From NCBI GenBank assembly GCA_964583615.1, contig CAZOWM010000002.1, positions 8,050 through 72,049 of the forward strand: 64,000 nucleotides of DNA, given 5' to 3'. Of the stretch, positions 1 through 9,062 are shown in pieces. The notes under the pieces were generated by a model. That model saw only the letters and a list, made by a program, of their open reading frames with translations. It searched no databases and was not told the origin of the DNA. This DNA is from an uncultured Spirochaetota bacterium. Lineage in GTDB: Bacteria > Spirochaetota > B62-G9 > DRHN01. The stretch's first letter is position 1. Each line of letters begins with the position of its first letter. A program made the position numbers and the translations under genes.

Positions 1-141
1 CATCTCTGTAAAGGTCAGGCCTGCTCCGAATCTGCGGCCGAGAATACGATAGGTTGTGTCGCCGATTCCTGCGAGGGGGGCGAGAAAAACGTTGTTCTCA
101 GTGGAGAAGTTTCCGATGCGAACGCGCTTTAAAAGGGACAT
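1..141 (-). CDS. tRNA-dihydrouridine synthase, N-terminal part (gene continues beyond window start)
   Basis: Reverse-complement translation from ATG at 141 gives MSLLKRVRIGNFSTENNVFLAPLAGIGDTTYRILGRRFGAGLTFTEM. This matches the conserved Dus N-terminus (LAPMAG.TD..FR.LC...GAGL..TEM). It lies 12 nt downstream of the ispF stop on the same strand. Confidence 0.6.
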   Translation of the reverse strand, partial: MSLLKRVRIGNFSTENNVFLAPLAGIGDTTYRILGRRFGAGLTFTEM

Positions 142-152
142 TTCATGTCCTG

Positions 153-635
153 CTATTCAGGCACGAGGCTTACAACGGCCTGAACCAGTATTCCTTCTCC
201 CCGCCCGAATGCAGTGAGCCCCTCCCCCGATGTGTAGGTGATCCCGATATTTTTTTCATCGAGAAAGGTGAGCGTTGCGATCGATCGTTTGATTTTTTTG
301 TTGATTTCCGGGGGAATGAAAGGCCTTTTTGCCTCGATCATTATACCGATGTTGCTGACGCGATACCCTAAAGCTTTCACCATATCGAGGGCGATGGGAA
401 GATATTTTCTGCTATCCCTTATCCCCTTGGCAAACAGTGGATCCACATAATATCCGATGGATTCTCCCCCGCATGCCTGGCTGAGGGCATTGAACAGCGC
501 ATGGAGGATTACATCTCCGTCGGAGTTCGCCTCGAGACCTCCCTCGCTGCTCAGCTGAACTCCTCCGAGCACGAGTGGTTTGGCGCCGCTCTCATCGAAT
601 CGATGGCTGTCGCTCCCGAATCCTACTCGTACCAA
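153..635 (-). CDS. ispF: 2-C-methyl-D-erythritol 2,4-cyclodiphosphate synthase
   Basis: 160 aa. N-terminal VRVGFGSDSHRF motif and overall IspF-like sequence (ILHALFNAL..., trimer-forming core). Confidence 0.9.
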   Translation of the reverse strand: MVRVGFGSDSHRFDESGAKPLVLGGVQLSSEGGLEANSDGDVILHALFNALSQACGGESIGYYVDPLFAKGIRDSRKYLPIALDMVKALGYRVSNIGIMIEAKRPFIPPEINKKIKRSIATLTFLDEKNIGITYTSGEGLTAFGRGEGILVQAVVSLVPE

Positions 636-1342
636 AAATTTTTCTCCCTCATTCTCCTCGTGTAGATTTGGCGAGCAAGCTCGAGGTCATGCGGGTAGGT
701 AATTTTGAAATTTTCTCTTGAACACTCTATGCACTGAACTTTCCCCTGTACGCTCTCCACCAGGGTCGAGTCGTCGGTCGCGAAGAATCCCGTGCTCTGG
801 GCGTGCTCAAACGCGTCCAGCGCAAGATCGAAGCGGATAACCTGCGGGGTCTGTGCGATCCAAACCGATTCCCGCATGGGGGTACAGTCGATAAGGTTGT
901 CGCTGTTGACGATCTTCACCGTATCGGATGCGGGAAATGCGAGGAGGCTCGCTCCGAACTCATGGGCCCCCTGGAGACACCTGTCCAGCTCGGCGTGCGT
1001 CACAAAGGGATTCACTGCATTGTGTATCATGAGGTATGAGTCGCGCGGGATATTGAGCGCTTTCAGCTTTTCTATGATGTGATATGTTGATTCCTGGCGG
1101 GTTTCAAAGGAATATTCGATGGAGACGACTTTTTCGATGTCGCTTTGTGCGATCAGCTCACGAAGCCGGTCGATGTTCTCTTCTCCCGTGGTTACGATGA
1201 TCGAGTCGATTTCCCTGTAATCGGCAAACGTCCTGAGGGTGTAGTATATGATCGGCCGCCCGTTCAGCCTCAGAAAAATCTTGTTCTCTTTGGTTTTCAT
1301 CCGTTCACCGTTTCCGCCGGCACAAATTATTGCTATATTCAT
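623..1342 (-). CDS. ispD: 2-C-methyl-D-erythritol 4-phosphate cytidylyltransferase
   Basis: 239 aa. N-terminal IAIICAGGNGERM nucleotide-binding motif typical of IspD. Overlaps ispF start by 13 nt, so the two are separate genes and not an IspDF fusion. Confidence 0.9.
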   Translation of the reverse strand: MNIAIICAGGNGERMKTKENKIFLRLNGRPIIYYTLRTFADYREIDSIIVTTGEENIDRLRELIAQSDIEKVVSIEYSFETRQESTYHIIEKLKALNIPRDSYLMIHNAVNPFVTHAELDRCLQGAHEFGASLLAFPASDTVKIVNSDNLIDCTPMRESVWIAQTPQVIRFDLALDAFEHAQSTGFFATDDSTLVESVQGKVQCIECSRENFKITYPHDLELARQIYTRRMREKNFWYE

Positions 1343-1432
1343 GAAGAAATCCTTTTAATGCTTTCTGCTCTTCATAATATACTATGAAAGCCCTGTGAAT
1401 CAATAAATAATGACAAATAAAAGACAAAAATT

Positions 1433-2317
1433 ATGCCAAAGCACGCTGAACGGATCGAGTGCGCCGCACACGCGAAGTTAAACCTGGCACTCAACATCAT
1501 CCCTGAAAGAAGTGATCGAGGCTACTTCAAGGTGGATTTTCTCAACATATCGATCTCGCTGCACGATACCGTGCACATCACCCGGCTCAAGGATCACACA
1601 GTCCTTGTAAACGAGCCGGTAGTGGACGGAGGAGAAAATATCGCCTTCGAGGCTGCCCGCCTCATGTTTCGGCGGTTCGGGCTCCCCGGTGGTGTCTCGA
1701 TCGAAATCACGAAACGCATTCCCCCGCGGGCCGGGCTCGGCGGGGGCTCTTCGGATGCGGCGGCAGTGATGAGGGGTATCATGAAACTCCACGGCATCCG
1801 CACCTCCCACAGAGAACGCATGGAACTTGCCGAAGCCATAGGAATGGACGTCTGCTACTGCATCACCGGCGGGCTGTGCAGGATTGGAGGGATAGGAAAC
1901 GTGGTCGAGAGGATTGACGCGCCCTTTTTCCCAGTTCATCTCCTTGTTGCTGTTCCCGCTCAGAAGAAACCCTCCACGGGCTGGGCGTACTCACTCCTCC
2001 GCACAGATGAAATGGGAAAAAACCGCGCATCAACCGGTGAATTGATCCGGGAAATGCGATCCACGGACAAAAAAAACATCGCCCGTTTCCTGCACAATGA
2101 CTTTGAGAGGCCCATTGCGAGCGCCTTTCCGGTTGTCGGCGAGATGAAGAACCTCATGAAAAAACACGGAGCGCTGAACACACTGCTTGCAGGCTCCGGG
2201 CTCTCCGTGTTCGGGGTATTCGATGACGAAGAAACCTGCCGGAGTGCTCAAAAGAACATCAGTGCTTTCGATGTCCTCTGTTTTGCTGCGCATACTGTTG
2301 ACAACAGCGACTCATGA
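1433..2317 (+). CDS. ispE: 4-diphosphocytidyl-2-C-methyl-D-erythritol kinase (GHMP kinase)
   Basis: 294 aa. AKLNLAL...PPRAGLGGGSSDAAAV GHMP-kinase ATP-binding motif. Divergent from ispDF. Confidence 0.85.
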   Translation: MPKHAERIECAAHAKLNLALNIIPERSDRGYFKVDFLNISISLHDTVHITRLKDHTVLVNEPVVDGGENIAFEAARLMFRRFGLPGGVSIEITKRIPPRAGLGGGSSDAAAVMRGIMKLHGIRTSHRERMELAEAIGMDVCYCITGGLCRIGGIGNVVERIDAPFFPVHLLVAVPAQKKPSTGWAYSLLRTDEMGKNRASTGELIREMRSTDKKNIARFLHNDFERPIASAFPVVGEMKNLMKKHGALNTLLAGSGLSVFGVFDDEETCRSAQKNISAFDVLCFAAHTVDNSDS

Positions 2318-2325
2318 GCTTTCAA

Positions 2326-3387
2326 TCAAATAAAGATTTTCGTGACGTCATCGATTCCTGTGGGACGGGCAGCTGTTTTTTTCCCGTCTTCGATGAGCCA
2401 GAACCGGTCTCCGCGCGCGGTAAATTCTCCGATGCGGCTGATCGGGGGAACACTTTCATGCAGCCTTCCAAACGCCCGCTCCAGTCGGGTCGCCTCCTCC
2501 CGCGGCACAGATATGAGAAGAGCGCCAGAGGCGATCAAGTTGAAAGGCGACAGGTGGAAATGCCTGCAGAGATCAGCGGTCTCGGTATACACGGGAATTC
2601 GATCGAGAGAGATCTCAAGCCCCTTCCCTGATGCACGCGCCATCTCATAGGCGCCGGAAATGACCCCTCCTTCGGTGGGATCGTGCATTCCGGTCACGCG
2701 TGCGGCGTTTCGTGCACGAAAAGCATCCTTGACCACACTGATCCCCGGGACGGAGAGAAACTCGCGGCACCTCACGTAAAAATCCTTCCCGAATGTGTCT
2801 ATCACCTCCTCCTTTTTTTCCCGTGCAATGATGGATGTCGCCTCTATTGCGACCCCTTTTGTTATATACAGAAGATCCCCTTCGCAGATGTTGATATTGC
2901 TGACGAGCTCGCCCTTTGCCGCTTCACCCAGCATCGTTCCGGAGAGTATGGGGCTTCGAAGCCCGTGTGTGACTTCCGTGTGCCCTCCGATCAGCTCGAT
3001 GCCGAGCTCTCTGCACGCCTGCCGCAGATCCTTCATGATGTCTTCGAGCATGCGCACCGTGGCCCTGTGCTCCGGCAGCAGCATGGTAACGAGAAACCAC
3101 CGCGGAGTCCCTCCCATCGCGGCAATGTCGTTTGCATTGATGTTGACCACATACCAGCCGATTCGATCTGAGACGAAGGTGATCGGATCACTCTTCACGA
3201 TGAGATAACTCTCCCCAATATCGATCGCAGCTGCGTCCTCTCCTATCCCCGGTCCCACCACCACCTTTTTGTCCCGTATCTCGATTTTGCCGAGTATCTT
3301 TTCAAGAAACTCGCTTTTCAGCTTGCCGGTCTCGAGTGTGCTCATGTGCATATCCGTGTAAAAATCTGGAATTTCCGCAGCATCCAT
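2326..3387 (-). CDS. AIR synthase-related protein (PurM/ThiL/HypE superfamily)
   Basis: 353 aa. N-terminal GIGEDAAAIDIGESYLIVKSDP resembles the ThiL/HypE/PurM N-domain. Exact family not resolved. Confidence 0.6.
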   Translation of the reverse strand: MDAAEIPDFYTDMHMSTLETGKLKSEFLEKILGKIEIRDKKVVVGPGIGEDAAAIDIGESYLIVKSDPITFVSDRIGWYVVNINANDIAAMGGTPRWFLVTMLLPEHRATVRMLEDIMKDLRQACRELGIELIGGHTEVTHGLRSPILSGTMLGEAAKGELVSNINICEGDLLYITKGVAIEATSIIAREKKEEVIDTFGKDFYVRCREFLSVPGISVVKDAFRARNAARVTGMHDPTEGGVISGAYEMARASGKGLEISLDRIPVYTETADLCRHFHLSPFNLIASGALLISVPREEATRLERAFGRLHESVPPISRIGEFTARGDRFWLIEDGKKTAARPTGIDDVTKIFI

Positions 3388-3411
3388 AGTAATGTATTAT
3401 TCCATGTGACA

Positions 3412-3948
3412 ATGTACAAGAATTTTGGAGGATCCGTGAAGCCGATCATCTTCTGCGGATATCACAATACGGGAAAAACAACGTTGATGGCAAAGGCGGT
3501 CGCCGGCCTGCGCGGCCACGGGTGGGAGGTGAGCGCGGTAAAGCACATGGGTTTGGACAAGTACGTACTCGACGAAACCCATGACACAGGAATCCTTCTT
3601 CAGTCGGGCTGCAGTGAGGTCAGGGCGCTCACGGAATCCTTTACCGTGCATTACCGGCGCGAGCGGGAATTCGGGGCTGCTGAGAGGCTCCACGCGCTTC
3701 TCCGGTTGTTCGAAGCTGATTACGTGCTCATCGAGGGATTCAAATCCTATGTGGGAGTGATTCCAAAGATCGTGTTCGGGCGGACAAAAGAACAGATCGG
3801 TTCCCTCATCGACGCCGGCACGGTCGCCTACTCAGGGATCGGGATCGAAGATTTCGGGTTTCCCCGGATGAGGTTCATTTCCCCGGGCGCGGCACCCGAG
3901 ACGGTCGCAGAGTTCATCGAAACGCACACTGACCGGTTTTCTCCGTAA
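3412..3948 (+). CDS. mobB: molybdopterin-guanine dinucleotide biosynthesis adapter protein MobB-like
   Basis: P-loop IIFCGYHNTGKTTL followed by VKHMG..., typical of MobB. Start moved to an internal ATG (a GTG at about 3439 with GGAGGA is also possible) to avoid overlap with the upstream convergent gene. Confidence 0.65.
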   Translation: MYKNFGGSVKPIIFCGYHNTGKTTLMAKAVAGLRGHGWEVSAVKHMGLDKYVLDETHDTGILLQSGCSEVRALTESFTVHYRREREFGAAERLHALLRLFEADYVLIEGFKSYVGVIPKIVFGRTKEQIGSLIDAGTVAYSGIGIEDFGFPRMRFISPGAAPETVAEFIETHTDRFSP

Positions 3949-4052
3949 TCCGCATACTCGTCCGTGAAATTGAACACACCCTCGAAAAAGCTCCTTTCAA
4001 CCCTTATCTGCGCACTGGGGTGAGAATCGGATAGACGCGCATCAGGTTGTTC

Positions 4053-5045
4053 TCACTCCATGAAAAATTCTTTGTAGAGGAGAAAGTTGACAAAGGGGTT
4101 TCGCTGCAGGTTCGAAGAAGGGGTATTGAGGTTCCCGGCATAATCGACGAGGAGCCGGGCGAAGGACTCGCGTTCGGTTTTGAAAAAGTAGAGGGCGAGG
4201 TCCAGAATGGCCTCACTATACAAAGCCCGCTTTTCGGGGGTGAAGTAAAACGTAAATACTTTTTCGATCACGTCATTCACCCGTTCCTGCGGGCTTTTTC
4301 CCTGAAGAATGAGCGTGCTCCTTTTGGCACGTTCGATCTCCTCTTTGAACTCTCTCATGTCCTCCGGGGGAAGGGAAAGTGAGACGATTTCCTTCTGCTG
4401 GAAGAGGGCCTTTTCCTCATCCGGTTTTACGAGCCGTGTAAGCTGTGAAGGAATCAAATCGAGCATAGGATGTCTCGGCGGCTGCGGGTCTTCTTTGCGC
4501 AGGACGTCTGGCAGCGATGAAATTCCCGATAGTTCTTTGCCGTCAGTGTTTTTGAGCGCAGTGTTCAGTTTGTACAGGGCATATGGCTCTGGCGCATGAA
4601 AAAGCCCCGGCGTGTCCTGCGCGATTCTGCTGAACTGTTTCTTCGCGGATTGCTGAAGGGTGTATGCCACGAGACCGCGCACAGGGTTGACCGTAAAACG
4701 GGCTGCCTTCAGGGAAGAGGTCGATGTTTCGAGCAGGGAGAACACCACAAGGCTGTTCCACTGCGAGTCAGGGATCGAAACAACACATTCACCGATTTGA
4801 TACGTTGGTTTCACGGCCGCTGATTTTTCCTGCCTTTCGGGCCGCGCTTCGTCAACGTCTATTCCCCTTGAATGCAGCACGTAGAGAGCCTTTTTCGCTG
4901 CCTTGCGCAAAAGCTTAGGCTGGGAGGAATCGAGCGCACACTTCCAAAGCTGCCCGAGAACCATGCTTAGCTCTCCCCCTTCCGCCGCACTGAAAACAGC
5001 CTTCGGGTCCCGAAGGATGATCTCTTTCAGCTGATCTTCTGTCAT
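4053..5045 (-). CDS. hypothetical protein, no recognisable domain
   Basis: 330-aa ORF with coding-like composition. 24 nt downstream of the GIY-YIG gene on the same strand. Confidence 0.5.
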   Translation of the reverse strand: MTEDQLKEIILRDPKAVFSAAEGGELSMVLGQLWKCALDSSQPKLLRKAAKKALYVLHSRGIDVDEARPERQEKSAAVKPTYQIGECVVSIPDSQWNSLVVFSLLETSTSSLKAARFTVNPVRGLVAYTLQQSAKKQFSRIAQDTPGLFHAPEPYALYKLNTALKNTDGKELSGISSLPDVLRKEDPQPPRHPMLDLIPSQLTRLVKPDEEKALFQQKEIVSLSLPPEDMREFKEEIERAKRSTLILQGKSPQERVNDVIEKVFTFYFTPEKRALYSEAILDLALYFFKTERESFARLLVDYAGNLNTPSSNLQRNPFVNFLLYKEFFME

Positions 5046-5069
5046 GTCCTCCCTCTTTCAGATGCCGCA

Positions 5070-6446
5070 TCACACAACATAACGCCGTTTCTCCTGCATA
5101 AGGCCGGAAAGCTCGGTACAGTGAAGCCGCAACGCAGCAAGCACATCCTGCACGGACCGGTACTGGTCTATCTCCACGATGTTTATTCTCTCCTCATACC
5201 GCTTCATGTACGAAAGCGCGATGACCTGGAGCGGATCAAATCCGCGGTGCGCCCCTCCCCGCATCTCCTTGATGATCTCCACCACCCGCGCTTCATCGGG
5301 TTTCACGCAGTCGAAGTCGTTTTCCATCAGAAAGGAGTTTTCCGAAATAAAGTACAGTTTGAGCGTACTCTGTTCCTTTCCGGGGAGCAGCAGTATCCTG
5401 TCGGAAACCGATATCCTCCTTTCCGGTACTTTTACCCGCTTGTTGTACTGCGGCCTGTGCATCTCGATCAGCCTGAACTCCTCGATTATCGCCTCGAGAT
5501 CGGAGCCGAGCGTGCGGTACTGGATCGTGAAAAGCTCCTCGAGGATTCCTTCGATCTTTTCCACGCTTTCTCCCGTGTTCCAGAAATAGGAGTGAACACG
5601 GATGCGCAGGTTGTTCGTCTTCCCGACATAGATCAGCTCGTTCTTCCGATTGAAAAACTGGTAGACTCCGGGCATTTCCGGGATGTCCCTGAGAAAATCT
5701 CTGTCGAATCCGTAGCGGGAAAAATCGACATCCTTTCTGTTTCCCAGTGAGAACTGAAAAAGCTGCCCATAAGTGAAAATAGCTCTTTCCTTTACCACTT
5801 TCAGAATGTACTCGAGGATATACACGAGCGTCTCTGTTTTCGATGAGGGGCGGTCTGACTGGATGTTTCGAATTCCGAACTGCTCCACAATCTGCTCCCA
5901 TGTTTTCAGCGTTTTGTCAGGAAAAAGAAGGGAGACAAGCGCCCTGACAGAAAGCGTGCGCAGCTCGGGCTGCAGCGGTGAGTGTGACCTGTACACTTTT
6001 TTCAGTATTCCCAGGCTCCTCAAATCGTGGGGAACGAACACACTCCTCCGTACATCCCGGATGACCGTTTTGATATCGAGATTCTTCTCGACGATCCCCC
6101 CTCTGTATCTGACAAACGATGACAGGGGGGCGAGAAAAGAAAAAACGTCTTTGCCGGAAGCCGTAAACCTCTTTGAGGACTTTCTCGGGTCCTCAATGGT
6201 AAAAAGAACAAAGCTGATTTCATGAATCGGAAGGCTTTCGACGGAAACTGTTTTCAATGCCTTCCATGAGCGGTCCTCTGACTGTGAAAAACGCGCGTCT
6301 GTACCGAGGATAGGCTCCACGATCTTTTGGGCAATCTCATCATCCGGAGAATCGATCTTGAAGAACTCCTTCAGGATCTGTGCATTGGAGAGGCTCTTTT
6401 TTTCCTCACGCATTGCCGAGTAGATCCTGTCAGTAATGCTTTCCAT
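5070..6446 (-). CDS. GIY-YIG (UvrC/Cho-type) nuclease domain protein with ~250-aa N-terminal domain of unknown function
   Basis: 458 aa. Residues ~259-340 carry GVYQFFNRKNELIYVGKTNNLRIRVHSYF ... EEFRLIEMHRPQYNKRV, the classic GIY-YIG motifs (GxY, YxGK, R, E, N). These fall at about nt 5426-5672. Confidence 0.65.
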   Translation of the reverse strand: MESITDRIYSAMREEKKSLSNAQILKEFFKIDSPDDEIAQKIVEPILGTDARFSQSEDRSWKALKTVSVESLPIHEISFVLFTIEDPRKSSKRFTASGKDVFSFLAPLSSFVRYRGGIVEKNLDIKTVIRDVRRSVFVPHDLRSLGILKKVYRSHSPLQPELRTLSVRALVSLLFPDKTLKTWEQIVEQFGIRNIQSDRPSSKTETLVYILEYILKVVKERAIFTYGQLFQFSLGNRKDVDFSRYGFDRDFLRDIPEMPGVYQFFNRKNELIYVGKTNNLRIRVHSYFWNTGESVEKIEGILEELFTIQYRTLGSDLEAIIEEFRLIEMHRPQYNKRVKVPERRISVSDRILLLPGKEQSTLKLYFISENSFLMENDFDCVKPDEARVVEIIKEMRGGAHRGFDPLQVIALSYMKRYEERINIVEIDQYRSVQDVLAALRLHCTELSGLMQEKRRYVV

Positions 6447-6549
6447 GCACTTCTCTCAGAAAAATGTGAAATTCTTATGCAGCACTCCAACTAATATAAT
6501 ATAATATGAAAAGGGAGCAAAAAAGGAAAGCCAAGAGGGAAAACGGGGA

Positions 6550-7167
6550 ATGGAAAAGGGAACGGAACAGGAAAAAAAGCATTACAAGTACAGTTTCTTC
6601 AAGGCGGGAACGAAAATATTCAACCAGGGCGACAGGGGAACGGACATCTACATCCTGAAAAAAGGAGCGGTGACCGTAATTGTCGACGACCAGATCGTGG
6701 GGCTGATAAATACGCCGGAAACGATCATCGGAGAAATGGCCTACTTTCTTAATTTGAACAGAACCGCGTCCGTGGAGGCGGTGGAGGATTCCGAATTCAT
6801 CATCATATCCGGTGAATACCTCTATGAAACGGTGATGAAAAAACCGAAAATCGGAATCGACCTCATTAAGATACTCAGCGCGCGGCTCGCGAAAACCACA
6901 AAACACGTGACGCACCTCGAGCATGAAATCATCGACTACCGCAACGAGCTGAGGAATCTCAAGGGGATTGCAGAAGAGATGAAGCCGAGCGCTCTCGAAA
7001 AACTCGTTTCCTACGGATTCCTCTCCCATGAGCAGATGGAGGAGTGCACAAAAACACTGGAAAATGCAAAGGATGAAAAAAAGAGTGTCTCTCTATCAAA
7101 GATCCTCGTGGAAAAAAATTACCTCTCACCGGAACAGCTCGTCCAGTTTCTCGAAATCCGACAGTAA
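6550..7167 (+). CDS. cyclic nucleotide-binding domain protein with C-terminal coiled-coil tail
   Basis: 205 aa. FKAGTKIFNQGDRGTDIYILKKGAVTV ... IGEMAYF...RTASVEAVEDSEF is a Crp-type cNMP-binding beta-barrel. The tail KILVEKNYLSPEQLVQFLE resembles a single MshEN/T2SSE_N-like motif. Confidence 0.7.
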   Translation: MEKGTEQEKKHYKYSFFKAGTKIFNQGDRGTDIYILKKGAVTVIVDDQIVGLINTPETIIGEMAYFLNLNRTASVEAVEDSEFIIISGEYLYETVMKKPKIGIDLIKILSARLAKTTKHVTHLEHEIIDYRNELRNLKGIAEEMKPSALEKLVSYGFLSHEQMEECTKTLENAKDEKKSVSLSKILVEKNYLSPEQLVQFLEIRQ

Positions 7168-7408
7168 GCGTAATTCAGCAGAATAGATCCGTCTTTCCGC
7201 TCGGAGAAAAGCTTTTTCAAAACAGAAATCGCTCGCACCCGGGAGATTATTTCAGAGCCAGATCTGATGGGAATTCAGCATTTCTATTCCAAGACTGGGG
7301 CTTCTCCTGTTTCATTCTCCTCACCTTGACTGTCGGGCAGATGAGATGTATAGTGTATGAATCACTGATGTGCACCTGAGGCTGAAAAACGGTCCGGGGA
7401 GGGGCGCC

Positions 7409-8842
7409 ATGCACTTTCACTGGTCGATTTTTATCGACCTCGGTATCATCTCAGTTGCTCTCATGACCGCGACTGCGCTCAGGAAGCGCGTGCACTTCTT
7501 CCAAAAATACCTCATTCCCAATGCGCTGGCTGCGGGTTTTTTGCTTCTGCCCTTTTACAGCTACGCCGGGCCTTTCATCGGTCTTGACAGCGAGGGTCTG
7601 GGAAACCTCGTGTTCCATCTTCTCAATATCTCGTTCATCGCCATGACCCTCAGGACACGGCGGTACAAAGCCTCCGGAAAAAATATCTTTTCAATGGTGA
7701 TCACCGTGCTTTCACAGTACTCTCTGCAGAGCATGGTGGGGCTCGGCATTACCTTTCTGTTCATTGCAACAGTCATACCGAACCTCTTCCCCAGCTTCGG
7801 GCTTCTTATCACCCTGGGGTTCGCGCTCGGCCCAGGCCAGGCGTTCGCAATCGGTAGTGGGTGGGAGAGCCGCGGCTTCTTCGGCGGAGGGAGCGTGGGG
7901 CTCACGTTTGCGGCCATCGGGTTTATCTGGGCCTGTTTCGTAGGAATGTTTCTGATCAACAATGCGATAAAACGAGGCTGGATCGAGAAAAAAGAGGTTT
8001 CTGAGAATCCCGTATCGGTACGCGGCGGTGAAAAAACCGCCTCATCAATCGAGCCCGGATCCGGGTATGCGCCGAACACCGGCGCGATCGACCAGATGAC
8101 ATACAATTTCGCCATCGTGTGTGCGGTCTACCTTCTCACATACCTTCTTCTCAGGGGAATCACCGCTGCACTCTCATACACCGGCACCATCGGTATAGAC
8201 CTCGCGGAGCATCTCTGGGGAATCGCCTTTATATTCGCCTCGCTCGTGGCTGGGGTGGTGAAAAAGCTCTTTTTTGTGTTTGGTATCGAAGGGAGCATCT
8301 CCAACGAACGGCTGACGCGCATCGCGGGAACGTCAGTCGACTTCATGGTCGCTGCCTCGATCGCTGCGATCTCACTCGTTGTCGTCCGGCACTACTGGCT
8401 TCCCATCTCGGTGATGGCGCTTCTGGGCGGCATATGCACGGTGCTTTCACTGCTCTGGCTTTCGTCCCGCCTGTTCACGGACTATGTGTTTCAGCGCACC
8501 ATTCTGATCTTCGGGGCCATGACCGGCACGCTTCCCACAGGTCTCGCGCTTTTGCGCGTGATCGATCCCGAGTTCGAGACACCCGCTTCATCAGACTACA
8601 TGTATGCGGTGGGGATAATTTTCTTTTTCGCGATCCCCTTCATCTTTTCCATGAACTTTCCAGTCTACGGATACACCACCGGCAGGACCATATACTACTG
8701 GATGACTTTTTTCATCTACGCAGCGTACCTGATATTCGTTCTCGCTTCGTTCAGGGTCATGAAGGGAAGGGGCGCGTTCAAGGGTGCGGGAAAACTCTGG
8801 AAACCCGACGTGAAGCACGAATGTATGTCATTCAAGGAATAA
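7409..8842 (+). CDS. gltS: sodium/glutamate symporter GltS-like membrane protein
   Basis: Polytopic membrane protein. N-terminus ALRKRVHFFQKYLIPNALAAGFLLLPF resembles the E. coli GltS N-terminus (LGRKLVH..FLKKYTIPEPVAGGLL). The GGGAGGGG RBS sits before ATG 7409. Confidence 0.65.
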   Translation: MHFHWSIFIDLGIISVALMTATALRKRVHFFQKYLIPNALAAGFLLLPFYSYAGPFIGLDSEGLGNLVFHLLNISFIAMTLRTRRYKASGKNIFSMVITVLSQYSLQSMVGLGITFLFIATVIPNLFPSFGLLITLGFALGPGQAFAIGSGWESRGFFGGGSVGLTFAAIGFIWACFVGMFLINNAIKRGWIEKKEVSENPVSVRGGEKTASSIEPGSGYAPNTGAIDQMTYNFAIVCAVYLLTYLLLRGITAALSYTGTIGIDLAEHLWGIAFIFASLVAGVVKKLFFVFGIEGSISNERLTRIAGTSVDFMVAASIAAISLVVVRHYWLPISVMALLGGICTVLSLLWLSSRLFTDYVFQRTILIFGAMTGTLPTGLALLRVIDPEFETPASSDYMYAVGIIFFFAIPFIFSMNFPVYGYTTGRTIYYWMTFFIYAAYLIFVLASFRVMKGRGAFKGAGKLWKPDVKHECMSFKE

Positions 8843-9062
8843 TAGGGTGAATGTCGAATTTCATACATCGGTCTAAAAATGTGACATTCATGCATACATC
8901 GCACGGTAATTTTGAGAACTTCGGATAAGAGATGTCGATATATTCAGTGTTTTTCACTAAAATATATATTTAAAAACTCGAAGTTCGACTTAATAATTGC
9001 TTTTTCCCATGCCGGGTTTTAAATTCTAAAATCCTTCGTACAGGCTTTCGGGGACATGCAAA

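Noticed and set aside
1478-1939. 153-aa and 81-aa minus-strand ORFs inside ispE
   Set aside because: They are antisense to a confidently identified GHMP kinase gene. Their Arg/Pro/Gly-rich composition is typical of GC-rich shadow frames.
8119-8850. 243-aa + strand ORF (His/Arg-rich) overlapping gltS in another frame
   Set aside because: It is an alternative frame of the membrane-transporter gene. The low-complexity R/H-rich translation is not protein-like.
8843-9062. AT-rich region upstream of glnS checked for a tRNA or T-box
   Set aside because: It contains a GTTCGA hexamer but no cloverleaf-compatible stems or T-box specifier/antiterminator elements. It is probably just a promoter region.
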